A DNA stretch of 64,000 nt from Acidimicrobiia bacterium (GTDB lineage Bacteria; Actinomycetota; Acidimicrobiia; Spongiisociales; UBA11373), in NCBI GenBank assembly GCA_016215655.1, contig JACRIT010000004.1, forward strand, positions 13,492 to 77,491, written 5' to 3'. This document shows positions 47,621-57,874 of the stretch, piece by piece. Position numbers and translations under genes: made by a program. Numbering within the stretch: the stretch's first letter is position 1; every line of letters starts with the position of its first letter. A model generated the notes under the pieces. It did no database searches and was not told where the DNA came from. It worked only from the letters and a program-made list of their open reading frames with translations.

Positions 47621-47892
47621 TCGTGCGGTGCGGCCGATGCCGCGCAGGGTTCGACGTGCCCGGCCCGGGTCGTCACGGTTGTCCGGCGTGCGGCACCGTC
47701 AACGAGGTCCGCGCGGCGACGGCGCCCGTGGTACCCACACCACCGCCGGTGCCGACCTACGAGCCTCCCTCCCCGCGGGTGACCTGCCCCGAGTGCGGGT
47801 TCTCCTTCATCGTCGGTGCCGTCGCCGCGGTTCCCTGCCCGAATTGCCGCAACCCCGTTACGGTGGACCACACCGAGGAGGGGCAGGCATGA
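47617..47892 (+). CDS. double zinc-ribbon protein
   Basis: CGRC, CPAC, CPEC and CPNC motifs with a Pro-rich linker; ATGA overlaps on both sides. Confidence 0.75.
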   Translation: MIVRCGRCRAGFDVPGPGRHGCPACGTVNEVRAATAPVVPTPPPVPTYEPPSPRVTCPECGFSFIVGAVAAVPCPNCRNPVTVDHTEEGQA

Positions 47893-49532
47893 ACCGCGCC
47901 GAGTGGGAACGGGAGTACGCCGAGGCGGCGAAACGCCGCGACCACTGGGTCACCCTGTCGTTCGAGGACCTTCCCGCCCTCGGTCTCCCCGAAGACGGCG
48001 CCGAGCCGCCGGAGCGAGTCGGGTATCCGGGTGGCTTCCCCTATACGCGCGGCATCCACAGCACCGGATACCGGGGCAAGCCGTGGACGATCCGCCAGTT
48101 CGCCGGGTTCGCCGGTGTGGCAGAGACGAATGCCCGGTTCCGCCACCTGCTTGCCGAAGGACAGCACGGACTGTCGGTGGCCTTCGACATGCCCACGCTG
48201 ATGGGACTCGACTCCGACAGCCCGCTGGCACTCGGCGAGGTGGGGCACTGCGGCGTCGCCATCGACACCGCCGACGACATGGCCGATTTGTTCGATGGCA
48301 TCCCGCTTGGCGAGGTGTCGGTGTCGATGACGATCAATGGACCCGCCCAGGTGCTGTTCGCCTTCTTCCTGGTGGCCGCCGAGGAGCAGGGCGTTCCCTG
48401 GGCGCGGGTGCGCGGAACGCTCCAGATCGACATCCTCTAGGAGTACATCGCCCAGAAGGAGTGGATATACCCACCCCTCCCGCACCTGCGGCTCATCACC
48501 GACATGATGTCGTTCTGTGCCTCTGAGGTTCCGCAGTGGAACACCATTTCGGTGAGCGGGTACCACATCCGCGAAGCCGGGGCCAACGCTCACGAGGAAC
48601 TCGCCTTCACCCTTGCCGACGGGTTCGCCTACGTCGAGGCGGCGATGCGGGCGGGGATGCCCGTCGACCAGTTCGCCCCGCGGCTTTCGTTCTTCTTCGA
48701 CTCCCACCTCGACTTCTTCGAGGAGATCGCCAAGTTCCGGGCCGCTCGCCGGATCTGGGCGAGGTGGATGCGGGACCGGTATGCGGCGGGCGACGAGCGC
48801 TCCTGGAAGTTGCGCTTCCACACCCAGACCGCGGGGGTGTCGCTCACCGCCCAGCAGCCCGACAACAACGTCGTGCGTACCGCCATCGAAGCCCTGGCGG
48901 CGGTCCTCGGTGGCACCCAGTCGTTGCACACGAATGCTCTCGACGAGGTCTACGCGCTCCCCACCGAGCGCGCCGCCGAGATCGCACTGCGGACCCAGCA
49001 GGTGATCGCGGAGGAGACCGGTGTGGCGGACGTCATCGACCCTCTCGGGGGATCATGGTTCGTGGAAGCGATGACCGACGCGATGGAGGATCGGGTGGAG
49101 AGGCTGCTCGCCGAGATCGATCGCATGGGATCGGGCTCGATGCTCGATGGCGTGTTGCGGGGCATCGAGGATGGATGGTTCCAGAACGCTCTCGCCGACT
49201 CGGCGTATGCCTTCGAGAAGGCCCTCGGGTCGGGGGAGCGTACGATCGTCGGAGTCACCAAGTACGCCGCGGCCGACGAAGACCACCTCGACATCCTCCG
49301 CATCGGGTCGGACGTGGAGACGATCCAGCGCCGGCGCATCGCCGAGGTCCGTGGACGGCGCGACGGGGCCGCGGTGGCCGCGGCGCTCGAGGAGCTCGCC
49401 TCGGCAGCGGCCTCCGGGGCGAACCTGATGCCGTTGCTCGTCGCCGCCGCCCGGGTGCGTGCCACCGAGGGCGAGATGACGGCGGCCATGAAGGCGGTGT
49501 TCGGTGGGTATCGGGAGCCACCCCGTGTCTGA
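47889..49532 (+). pseudogene. icmA: acyl-CoA mutase large subunit (isobutyryl-CoA mutase IcmA-like) interrupted by one in-frame TAG at 48438-48440
   Basis: FPYTRG, WTIRQFAGF, GLSVAFD, GTLQIDIL*EYIAQKEW, ISVSGYHIREAG and HTQTAG motifs; same frame on both sides of the TAG. It may be a pseudogene, a sequencing error or a readthrough site. Confidence 0.8.
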
Positions 49533-49725
49533 CCGGACCGAGTCGATGCGCGGGCGGCTCGCCGAAGCCGTGCTCGTGGGAATGCTGACACTGTCGCCCG
49601 TGGAGCTGCGCTCCTCCGGGATCGAGTCGCCGCCGGCGTTGGTGCTTCCCGTGGGCGATCTCATGCCCGGTCTCGATCCTTCCCTGCGGCGCCTCAGCGC
49701 CTCGATCCGGCTGGCGGTGCCATGA
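49525..49725 (+). CDS. possible small hypothetical protein
   Basis: A 66-aa ORF fills the gap, overlapping the mutase stop and forming an ATGA junction with the next gene; no recognisable motif. Confidence 0.35.
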   Translation: MSDRTESMRGRLAEAVLVGMLTLSPVELRSSGIESPPALVLPVGDLMPGLDPSLRRLSASIRLAVP

Positions 49726-50141
49726 GCAACGTCCGATGCCTTCCAGCGGTCGTGATCGTGGCCCTGTTGCTCGCCGCGGGGTGCGGCGGTGACGGCGGTT
49801 CGACCGCGACCGTTGGTGAGCAGGTGGTGTTCGGCGAGGGTGAGCCGCCGCCGGCCTTCCCCGGTGATTTCCCCATTCCGGCGAATGCCGTCATCGGGAC
49901 GACGCTGGTGGATCGGATCAACCACCGCAGCGAGATGGCGCTCCAGATCGAGGGGGTGCTCGACGCCGCCGTGCAGAACTTCACCATCGGCCTCGTCAGC
50001 CAGGGCTACGTCATCACCAACTCCGAGGGGACCGACGAGTCCTGGACGATCGCATTCAACCGCGGCGAATTGCAGGGCGAGGTCGTCTTCCAGGCGGTGG
50101 GTGGATTCACCCAGGCCGTGGCCAGTGTGAACCGGACCTGA
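49722..50141 (+). CDS. hypothetical lipoprotein
   Basis: Lipobox LAAGC; FPGDFPIP. Confidence 0.7.
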   Translation: MSNVRCLPAVVIVALLLAAGCGGDGGSTATVGEQVVFGEGEPPPAFPGDFPIPANAVIGTTLVDRINHRSEMALQIEGVLDAAVQNFTIGLVSQGYVITNSEGTDESWTIAFNRGELQGEVVFQAVGGFTQAVASVNRT

Positions 50142-50142
50142 C

Positions 50143-50367
50143 ATGGCGCGGCTCCGTCATTTCGAGCACCACCGGTTCATCGGATTGCGAGACACCATGC
50201 TCGTCTTCGACACGGATGATCCCGATCAGGCTCGGCGAGCCGACGATCTGGTCGGTCCCGGTGGGGCACTGGGTCGCCTGGCGGTGGCCACGTTCGCCCC
50301 GGATTCTCTCGTCGAGGCTCGCAACCGCGGTTTCCGTCCCGTTCCATCGCGGCGCCCCGCCCCCTGA
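50143..50367 (+). CDS. small hypothetical protein
   Basis: 74 aa, 1 nt after the previous stop; C-terminal FAPDSLVEARNRGF. Confidence 0.6.
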   Translation: MARLRHFEHHRFIGLRDTMLVFDTDDPDQARRADDLVGPGGALGRLAVATFAPDSLVEARNRGFRPVPSRRPAP

Positions 50368-50453
50368 GGGCGCTCGCACCCGGAACCCCCTCATCGGCAG
50401 GCGGCCAGGGTCGGACCAGCAGGCGGCCGAGCGCTCGCCCGTACGGGTGCGAG

Positions 50454-51104
50454 CTAGGCGGGAGTGGGGGTGCGGCCTCCGAAGTGCGCTGCCACCACCT
50501 CGCCGACCTTCCGCTCGCGATAGAGGAAGAAGTGGTCCGAGCCCGGGAGCACCGTCATCTCGGCATGACACCGTGCCGCGAAGTGCTCCATGTCGGCCAC
50601 GGTGGCGAACTGATCGCGGTCACCGATCACGATCCTGCGCCGTGCCGGGACGAGCAGGGCGAGATCCGGCGGGAGCGATCCGCGATACGGGCGGATTCCG
50701 GGAGCGATCCCGACCCAGGGCAGCGACGATCCGGACTCGGCCTGCCATGCGAGCGACACGCTGGCCCCAAATGACCACCCGGCAACCCCGAGGGGCAGAC
50801 CGGGGTGGGTGGCCGCGGCGAGCTCGACGGCGGCGGCGACATCGAGGACTTCCCCGCTGCCACCACCCCAGGTGCCCTGGGAGGCGCCAACACCACGGAA
50901 GTTGAACCGCAACACGGCGAGTCCGGCATCTCCCACCGTCGCGGCCACGGTGCGCATCAACGGGGTCGTCATCGTCCCGCCGTCGAGCGGATGCGGATGG
51001 CACAGCACGATCGCTCCCAGCGGCTCCGAATCGGGCGTGGTCCAGATCCCCTCGAGCACCACCCCGTCCGCGGTGGTGATCATCCGGCGACCCGGAGTAA
51101 CCAC
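50454..51104 (-). CDS. alpha/beta-fold hydrolase
   Basis: CHPHPLDGGTM, LRFNFRG, GWSFG, GDRD and DHFF motifs; start may be 51083. Confidence 0.9.
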   Translation of the reverse strand: MVTPGRRMITTADGVVLEGIWTTPDSEPLGAIVLCHPHPLDGGTMTTPLMRTVAATVGDAGLAVLRFNFRGVGASQGTWGGGSGEVLDVAAAVELAAATHPGLPLGVAGWSFGASVSLAWQAESGSSLPWVGIAPGIRPYRGSLPPDLALLVPARRRIVIGDRDQFATVADMEHFAARCHAEMTVLPGSDHFFLYRERKVGEVVAAHFGGRTPTPA

Positions 51105-51172
51105 GCCACCGAGGCCGTCAGGATCAACAGGGCGGTCACCAGGGCGGCAACGATGAGGTAGCGGGTCTGCAT
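51080..51172 (-). CDS. 30-aa single-TM small protein
   Basis: MQTRYLIVAALVTALLILTASVAWLLRVAG; upstream TACCCT; its stop overlaps ATG 51083 of the hydrolase. Confidence 0.5.
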   Translation of the reverse strand: MQTRYLIVAALVTALLILTASVAWLLRVAG

Positions 51173-51275
51173 TCGCGCCGAGAGGGTACCGGCGCCCCCG
51201 GTGGAGGCATCCCCATCTTCTCTTGGTTCGAGATCGCGCACCGATCTAGGCTCTGGCGAACCGACTGGAGGCGCT

Positions 51276-52649
51276 GTGTACGACGTCGCGATCATTGGGG
51301 GCGGTCCGGGCGGATACGCCGCCGCCCTGTACGCGCACAATTTCGGTCTCTCGGTTGCCCTGGTCGAGAAGGCGCAGGTCGGTGGCACCTGCCTGCACCG
51401 GGGCTGCATCCCCGCCAAGGCGTGGATTCACACCGCCGAAGTGTTCGCCGAGGTCGCCGGTGCGGCCGAGTTCGGGGTCATCGCATCGGCTCCGCAGCTC
51501 GACTGGGGGCGGGCTCTGGAACGCAAGAACGCCGTGGTCGGCCAGCTGTACAAGGGCTTGCAGGGCCTCCTGAAGCAGCGCAAGGTGGACATCGTCGCCG
51601 GGACCGGCCGCCTCTCCGGTCCGGGGATCGTCGATGTCGCCGAGATCGCCGGTGGGGCGCGGCGCATCGAGGCGCGCAAGGTCATCATCGCCACCGGATC
51701 CGTGCCTCGCACCCTGGCCGGGTACGAGCCCGATGGGGAGCGGCTCGTGACGTCGGACGTCGCCCTCGACTGGACCAGCCGGCCGGACCGGGTGGCGGTC
51801 ATCGGGGCCGGGGCGATCGGGGTCGAGTTCGCCTGCATGCTTGCCGAACTCGGGACCGAGGTTCACCTCTTCGAAGTCTTCGACCAGGTGCTGCCCGGCG
51901 TCGAGCCCGAGGCAGCCAAGCTCATCACCCGGCTGCTGGGGCGCAAGGGCATCCGGGTGGCCACCGGCGTCAAGGTCGACCCCCCGGTGATGACCGCGGC
52001 GGGGGTCAAGGTGTCGGCAGGTGGATCCGAGGTCGAGGTCGATGTCGTCCTGGTCGCGGTCGGCCGGGCTCCGCTCACCGCCGGGATCGGCCTCGAGGAG
52101 GCAGGTGTCCGACTCGACCGTGGGTACGTCGTCGCCGATCGGGCCACGATGCTCACCGATGCCCCCGGTGTCTACGCCGTCGGTGACATCGTGGCCGCGA
52201 CCCCGCAGCTCGCCCACGCCGGGTTTGCCGAAGGGATATCGGCCATCACCCATATCGCCACTGGAACCCCTGCTCCGGTCGACTATCGGGCCATTCCGCT
52301 CGTGGTGTACTCGATACCCGAAGTCGCCTCGGTGGGTCTCACCGAAGCTCAGGCCCGCACCGCCGGCCACGACGTGGTCACGACCGACCACGGCATGGGC
52401 GGCGTTGGCCGGGCGATCATCCGGGGGCAGGCCCAGGGTCTGGTCAAGATCGTTGCCGAGCGGGGTGGTCCCATCCTCGGTGCCACCATCGTCGGGCCGG
52501 AGGCGGGAGAGCTCATCCACGAGCTGATGTACGCGGTCGGCTGGGAGGCTCTGCCCTCGGAGGCGGCGGCCTTCATCCATGCCCATCCCACACTCGCCGA
52601 GGCGGTGGGCGAGTCGCTCCTCGCCGCCTCAGGCCGGAGTCTGCACTGA
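51276..52649 (+). CDS. lpdA: dihydrolipoyl dehydrogenase (E3)
   Basis: GGGPGG, GGTCLHRGCIP, GAGAIG and HAHPTLAE motifs. Confidence 0.95.
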   Translation: MYDVAIIGGGPGGYAAALYAHNFGLSVALVEKAQVGGTCLHRGCIPAKAWIHTAEVFAEVAGAAEFGVIASAPQLDWGRALERKNAVVGQLYKGLQGLLKQRKVDIVAGTGRLSGPGIVDVAEIAGGARRIEARKVIIATGSVPRTLAGYEPDGERLVTSDVALDWTSRPDRVAVIGAGAIGVEFACMLAELGTEVHLFEVFDQVLPGVEPEAAKLITRLLGRKGIRVATGVKVDPPVMTAAGVKVSAGGSEVEVDVVLVAVGRAPLTAGIGLEEAGVRLDRGYVVADRATMLTDAPGVYAVGDIVAATPQLAHAGFAEGISAITHIATGTPAPVDYRAIPLVVYSIPEVASVGLTEAQARTAGHDVVTTDHGMGGVGRAIIRGQAQGLVKIVAERGGPILGATIVGPEAGELIHELMYAVGWEALPSEAAAFIHAHPTLAEAVGESLLAASGRSLH

Positions 52650-52671
52650 TCATGGCCATGCTGAGGCGATC

Positions 52672-54669
52672 GTGATCGAAGCGAAGGGACACTCCGCGGA
52701 GCTCGACTCGTCGCGCTTGCTTGCGATGTACGAGCTCATGATCACGGGCCGTCTGCTCGAAACTCGACTGCACACGATGTACCGCGGTGGCCGGCTTCCC
52801 GGAGCCGTCTACCCGGGGGTCGGCCAAGAGGCCGCACAGGTCGGGTTCGCCTCGGCGTTGGAGGCGGGAGACATCTTCGGCCCGACGCATCGCGATCTTC
52901 TCGCCCAGCTCACCCGCGGTGTGACGCTGGAGGAGACGATGCTGAACTTCTTCGGCAAGGTCACCGGGCCGACGAAGGGTCGCGACGGCAACAGCCACTT
53001 CGGGGTGCTCGACAGGGGGACCCTCATGGTGGTTTCGCCGCTCCCCGACGCCTATCCCGTCGCCATGGGGGCTGCCCTTGCCTTCAAGCAGCGCGGCGAA
53101 CGGCGCGTGGCCCTCGCCGACTGTGGGGAGGGGTCCACGGCCACCGGCACCTGGCATGAGGCGGTGAACATGGCAGCGGTCCTGCGGCTGCCCATCGTGT
53201 TCACCGTCCAGAACAACCAGTACGCCTACTCGACCCCCAATGATCTCGAGTTCAGCCTCGCCTCCGCCGGGCACCGCGCCGACGGGTACGGGATTCCGGG
53301 TGTCGTGGTCGACGGCAACGATGTGCTCGAGTGCTACGCCGCGGCGCGAGAGGCGGTCGAACGAGCCCGCAACGGTGAAGGGCCGACCCTCATCGAGGCG
53401 GTCACCTTCCGTCACTTCGGACATGCCGGTCACGACCCTGCCGAGTACGTCAAGCCCGACGAGCGCGAGGCATGGCTCGCCAAGGATCCGATCCCGCGCT
53501 TCGAGGAGTTCCTCGGCACGCGCGGCCTGCTCGATCAGGCCGGGCGAGAGGCCATCGCCGCCCGGATCGAAGAGCGGATCCGCGGCGTCATCGAGTGGGC
53601 GCAGACCCAGCCCGACCCGACGATCGCCGATCTCGCCACCGACTTGTTCGCGGTGGCGCCCGAGCCATCGGCTCCGGGACCCGGTGAGGGGGTCGGCGAG
53701 CCTGTGACGATGATCGATGCCATCACCCAGGCCCTCGACGAGGAGATGGAGCGCGACGAACGGGTGTTTCTCCTGGGTGAGGATGTCGGTCCCTTCGGCG
53801 GAGCCTTCAAGGTCACCAAGGGCCTGTTCGAGAAGTACGGCCCGATGCGGGTCATCGACACCCCCATCGCCGAGTCCGCCATCGTTGGTGGCTCGGTGGG
53901 AGCCGCCCTCATGGGTCAGATTCCGGTGGCCGAGCTGCAGTACACCGACTTCATCTACCCCGGCCTCGATCAGCTCTTCAACGAGGCAGCCAAGTACCTC
54001 TGGAAGGGCGGGAGATCGGTGCCGATGGTGCTGCGCGGCCCCAGCGGCGCCGGCCTGCGGGCGGGCCCGTTCCATTCGATCAGCCCCGAGGGGATGCTTG
54101 CCCATCACCCCGGGATCAAGATCGTCGTGCCCAGCACGCCCACCACCGCCAAGGGTCTCCTGGTGGCGGCAATCCGCGACCCCAATCCCGTCGTGTACCT
54201 CGAACACAAGAAGCTCTACCGCAGCATCAAGGAGGCCTTGCCGGCCGGACGGTTCGAACTTCCGCTCGGCAAGGCCCGGCTGGTGCGCACAGGCGACGAT
54301 GTGACCATCGTGACCTGGGGGGCGATGGTGCACACGGCGACGGCAGCCGCCGAACTCCTCGATGCGGATGGCGTATCGGTGGAGATCCTCGATCTGCAGA
54401 CGATCGTGCCCCTCGACTGGGACGCGGTATTCGCCTCGGTGCGCAAGACGTCCCGGCTCGTCGTCGTCCAGGAAGATGTGCCGTTTGCCTCGGTCGCCTC
54501 GGAGGTGGCAGCCCGGATCGCCGCCGAAGCCTTCTGGGACCTCGACGGGCCGATCATCCGCGTGACGCCTCCTCACACCCACATTCCGTTCGCCACGATT
54601 CTCGAAGACGCCTTCATCCCGCAAGTCGCCGACATAGTCACCGCCGTCAATACACTCGCGGCGTCGTAG
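52672..54669 (+). CDS. 2-oxoacid dehydrogenase E1, fused alpha-beta subunits
   Basis: GQEA, THRD, GEG..VQNN ThDP motif, then LGEDVG, DTPIAE and HS (beta half) in one ORF. Confidence 0.93.
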   Translation: MIEAKGHSAELDSSRLLAMYELMITGRLLETRLHTMYRGGRLPGAVYPGVGQEAAQVGFASALEAGDIFGPTHRDLLAQLTRGVTLEETMLNFFGKVTGPTKGRDGNSHFGVLDRGTLMVVSPLPDAYPVAMGAALAFKQRGERRVALADCGEGSTATGTWHEAVNMAAVLRLPIVFTVQNNQYAYSTPNDLEFSLASAGHRADGYGIPGVVVDGNDVLECYAAAREAVERARNGEGPTLIEAVTFRHFGHAGHDPAEYVKPDEREAWLAKDPIPRFEEFLGTRGLLDQAGREAIAARIEERIRGVIEWAQTQPDPTIADLATDLFAVAPEPSAPGPGEGVGEPVTMIDAITQALDEEMERDERVFLLGEDVGPFGGAFKVTKGLFEKYGPMRVIDTPIAESAIVGGSVGAALMGQIPVAELQYTDFIYPGLDQLFNEAAKYLWKGGRSVPMVLRGPSGAGLRAGPFHSISPEGMLAHHPGIKIVVPSTPTTAKGLLVAAIRDPNPVVYLEHKKLYRSIKEALPAGRFELPLGKARLVRTGDDVTIVTWGAMVHTATAAAELLDADGVSVEILDLQTIVPLDWDAVFASVRKTSRLVVVQEDVPFASVASEVAARIAAEAFWDLDGPIIRVTPPHTHIPFATILEDAFIPQVADIVTAVNTLAAS

Positions 54670-54680
54670 GAGAAACCACC

Positions 54681-56198
54681 ATGTCGCTCACGGTCACGAT
54701 GCCGCAACTCGGGGAGACGGTCACCGAAGGCACCATCTTGCGATGGGCCAAGAAGGCCGGTGACACGATTCGCGAAGACGAGACGCTGCTCGAGATCTCG
54801 ACGGACAAGGTGGATACCGAGGTGCCGTCGCCGATCGCCGGCACCATCCTGCAGATCCTCGTGGCGGAAGGCGCCACGGTATCGGTGGGCACCCCGCTCG
54901 TCATCATCGGTCAGGCCGGGGAGGCAGCGGCTTCGCCGGCGGCCATGTCCGCGGCGCCGCCGGCCCCCGTTGCGGCTCCCGTGGCGCCGGTGGCACCGAC
55001 CGTGTCCGCCACACCGCCGGTGGCAGCGCCTCCTGTGGCGGCCCCGGTGGCGGCGCCCCCAGCCACCGTGTCGATGCCACAACCCCAGGTGATGAACGTG
55101 ACCGTGACGCGCGATCCGGGGATGCTGTCTCCGGTCGTGCGCCGCCTCGCTGCCGAGCACGGGATCGATCTGTCTCGGGTCATCGGCACGGGAATCGACG
55201 GGCGGATCACCCGACGCGACGTGGAGGCGCATGTCGCCTTGGCCGCGGCGGTGCCGAGGTCCCAGCCCGAGCCGTCACGCACCGTGCTCGGGCGTGGCAT
55301 CCAGGATCTCATCTCCGAGGAACCCGCCCCGGCGGACCATGTGCTGTTCACCCCGGCGGCCCCGGTGGCAGCGGCCACGGTGCCCCCGGTGCCGGTGGCC
55401 CCGGTCCCGGCCACGACGACGACACCGTCGCCGGCGACGGTGGCTCCAGCAACGGCACCCGTCCCGGTCTTCTCGGCGGAAGGTTCGGTCGAGGACCTCT
55501 CCCGACTCCGCATGCGCATCGCCGAGAACATGATCCGGGCCAAGCAGACCGCGGCTCACGTGTGGACGTCGGTCGAAGTCGACTTCGAGCACGTCGAGCG
55601 GATACGTTCTCGCCATCGCGAAGGCTTCAAGGCGCGCGAGGGCTTCTCGCTCACCTACCTCCCGTTCATCAGCCGGGCGACGGTGGATGCCCTCAACACG
55701 TTCCCGGTGGTCAACTCGAGTCTCGATCTGCCCAACCGGGTGCGGATCATGCATGGTGGGGTGAACCTCGGCATCGCCATCGATCTGAACGAGGATGGCC
55801 TCGTCGTGATGACCCTCCGGGGTGCCGATGGGCTGCGCCTGCGCGGCATCGCCCGCGAGGCGCGCCGACTCGCCGACAAGGCGCGAACGGGCAAGATCGA
55901 GCCGGACGATCTCGCCGGGTCGACATTCACCATCACCAATCCAGGACCGTTCGGGTCGTTCATGTCGGCTCCCATCATCAACGTGCCAAACGTCGCGATT
56001 CTGTCCACGGACACGGTGGTGAAGCGACCGGTGGTCGTCACCGACAAGGATGGCAATGACGCCATCGCCATCCATCACATCGGGTATCTCGGTTTGAGCT
56101 GGGACCACCGCGCCTTCGATGGATCCACCGCGGTCATGTTCCTCAGTCGCATCAAGCAGAACCTCGAGACCTGGGACTGGGAACAGGAACTGGCGTGA
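54681..56198 (+). CDS. dihydrolipoamide acyltransferase (E2)
   Basis: Lipoyl domain TDKVDTE, E3-binding [18 protein letters not shown] and DHRAFDG motifs. Confidence 0.95.
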   Translation: MSLTVTMPQLGETVTEGTILRWAKKAGDTIREDETLLEISTDKVDTEVPSPIAGTILQILVAEGATVSVGTPLVIIGQAGEAAASPAAMSAAPPAPVAAPVAPVAPTVSATPPVAAPPVAAPVAAPPATVSMPQPQVMNVTVTRDPGMLSPVVRRLAAEHGIDLSRVIGTGIDGRITRRDVEAHVALAAAVPRSQPEPSRTVLGRGIQDLISEEPAPADHVLFTPAAPVAAATVPPVPVAPVPATTTTPSPATVAPATAPVPVFSAEGSVEDLSRLRMRIAENMIRAKQTAAHVWTSVEVDFEHVERIRSRHREGFKAREGFSLTYLPFISRATVDALNTFPVVNSSLDLPNRVRIMHGGVNLGIAIDLNEDGLVVMTLRGADGLRLRGIAREARRLADKARTGKIEPDDLAGSTFTITNPGPFGSFMSAPIINVPNVAILSTDTVVKRPVVVTDKDGNDAIAIHHIGYLGLSWDHRAFDGSTAVMFLSRIKQNLETWDWEQELA

Positions 56199-57829
56199 CC
56201 CTCCTCAGGGTTCGCTGGCTCGGCCGGCTGCCCTATGCGGAGGCCTGGGATCTGCAGCGGGCGCTCCACGAGGGCCGGGTGGAGGGCCGATCGGCTGACG
56301 ACTACCTGCTCCTCCTCGAGCACCCCCACGTGTTCACCGTCGGCCGGTTCTCGGCAGGTGCGAACGTATTGCTGTCCGCGGAGGACGCCACTGCAGTTGG
56401 CGCCGAAATCCACCGAGTGGATCGTGGTGGCGACGTCACCTATCACGGCCCAGGTCAACTCGTTGGGTACCCCATTCGCCATCTCGGAGATCGGCCTGCC
56501 AGTGCCGATCACGTGCACCGGATCGAGGAGATGCTCATCGCCGTGCTTGCCGACCTGGGCCTGCGGGGATGGCGCGAGCCGGGCTTGCCCGGGGTGTGGA
56601 CCGAGCAAGGAAAGGTCGCCGCCATCGGGGTGCGAACGGCACATCGGGTCACGACGCACGGCTTTGCGCTGAATGTCGCTCCGGACCTCGACTACTTCCG
56701 TCACATCATTCCCTGTGGCATTCCGGATCGTCCGGTGACCAGCCTCGCCGCACTGCTGGGGCGAGCGATCTCGATCGAAGAGGTCGTGGACGTGTTGGTG
56801 CCGCACTTCGCCGCGGTCTTCGGCTACGAGGCCGTCGAGCAGCAGCGCGCCGCCTTTGTCCGCGGTGCGGGCCGCAACGGTGCCCGGTTCGAGATCGACG
56901 AGCTGGTTGCCTCAGGCGCGTTCTCGCCGGAGGGGCGTGGTTCGCTTCCGATCACCACCCGCGGCAGGCTGCCCGGCGAGCCCGACAAGCCCGAATGGAT
57001 GAAGGTGCGTCTCGACCTGGGTCCGGGATACCGCGACCTCAAGCGCCTCGTCGAGGGGATGCGTCTCAACACGGTGTGCGAGGAGGCGTCATGTCCCAAC
57101 ATCTCCGAGTGCTGGGGGAGTGGCACGGCGACGTTCATGCTCCTCGGGGAGGTATGCACCCGAGCCTGCAGCTTCTGTGACGTTGCCACCGGGCGGCCTG
57201 GTGAGGTCGATCGGGATGAACCGAAGCGTGTCGCCGAGGCCATCACCGAGATGCGATTGGAGCACGCCGTGCTCACGTCGGTGAACCGTGATGATCTCGA
57301 TGACGGTGGCGCGGAGATCTTCGCCGAGACCATTCGCCAGATCCGGGCGCGACTCGCCTGCGAGGTCGAAGTGCTCATCCCCGACTTCAAAGGCGACCGG
57401 GATGCTCTCCAGACGGTGATGGACGCTTCCCCCGACGTGCTCAATCACAACACCGAAACCGTGATACGCCTGCAGCGCGAGGTTCGCACCGCGGCGAACT
57501 ATGGCCGGTCGCTCGCCCTCTTGGCCCGGGCGCGGTGGATGCGACCCGAGTCCCGCATCAAGTCAGGGCTCATCGTCGGCATGGGCGAGACGCACGACGA
57601 GGTGCTCGGTGCGCTTGCCGATCTGCGGGCAGTTGGCGTGAGCATCGTCACCATTGGCCAGTACCTTCGGCCGACCGCCCGACACCGGCGCATCGACAGG
57701 TACGTGCATCCCGACGAGTTCGCCGAGTACAAGGCGGTCGGCGAGGCGCTCGGGCTGCGCCATGTGGAGAGCGGCCCCTTGGTGCGTTCCTCGTATCACG
57801 CCAAGGAGGCTGCTCGGGCCGGGGTTTGA
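56195..57829 (+). CDS. lipA: fused lipoyl(octanoyl) transferase LipB - lipoyl synthase LipA
   Basis: N-half: [30 protein letters not shown]-half: [24 protein letters not shown]. Confidence 0.95.
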   Translation: MTLLRVRWLGRLPYAEAWDLQRALHEGRVEGRSADDYLLLLEHPHVFTVGRFSAGANVLLSAEDATAVGAEIHRVDRGGDVTYHGPGQLVGYPIRHLGDRPASADHVHRIEEMLIAVLADLGLRGWREPGLPGVWTEQGKVAAIGVRTAHRVTTHGFALNVAPDLDYFRHIIPCGIPDRPVTSLAALLGRAISIEEVVDVLVPHFAAVFGYEAVEQQRAAFVRGAGRNGARFEIDELVASGAFSPEGRGSLPITTRGRLPGEPDKPEWMKVRLDLGPGYRDLKRLVEGMRLNTVCEEASCPNISECWGSGTATFMLLGEVCTRACSFCDVATGRPGEVDRDEPKRVAEAITEMRLEHAVLTSVNRDDLDDGGAEIFAETIRQIRARLACEVEVLIPDFKGDRDALQTVMDASPDVLNHNTETVIRLQREVRTAANYGRSLALLARARWMRPESRIKSGLIVGMGETHDEVLGALADLRAVGVSIVTIGQYLRPTARHRRIDRYVHPDEFAEYKAVGEALGLRHVESGPLVRSSYHAKEAARAGV

Positions 57830-57845
57830 GTGGCGGGTCGCGAAG

Positions 57846-57867
57846 TGTCATTGGTGCGGGGTACCTT
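57846..57867 (+). promoter_or_regulatory. RecA-NDp (PafBC-type) DNA-damage promoter motif, leaderless
   Basis: TGTCAttg-gtgcgggg(8 nt)-TACCTT, 7 nt before the ATG; consensus TGTCRgtg-N8-TAnnnT. Confidence 0.65.
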
Positions 57868-57874
57868 CTGAGTC

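Noticed and set aside
48438..48440. Genome-wide TAG reassignment
   Set aside because: TAG ends many genes at their expected C-termini (for example 4023-4025, 30107-30109, 38272-38274).
48504..49532. Separate 342-aa mutase gene as listed in the ORF track
   Set aside because: It is the in-frame continuation of 47889-48440 and begins mid-domain.
52573..54624. Long antisense and alternative-frame ORFs (also 4052-5323, 4854-6680, 28682-29920, 44274-45587, 60030-61550)
   Set aside because: These are shadow ORFs expected in high-GC DNA. They overlap well-supported genes and have no family motifs.
54930..55470. Repetitive GC-rich tracts within the E2 gene
   Set aside because: They encode the usual Ala/Pro/Val-rich flexible linkers of E2 subunits.
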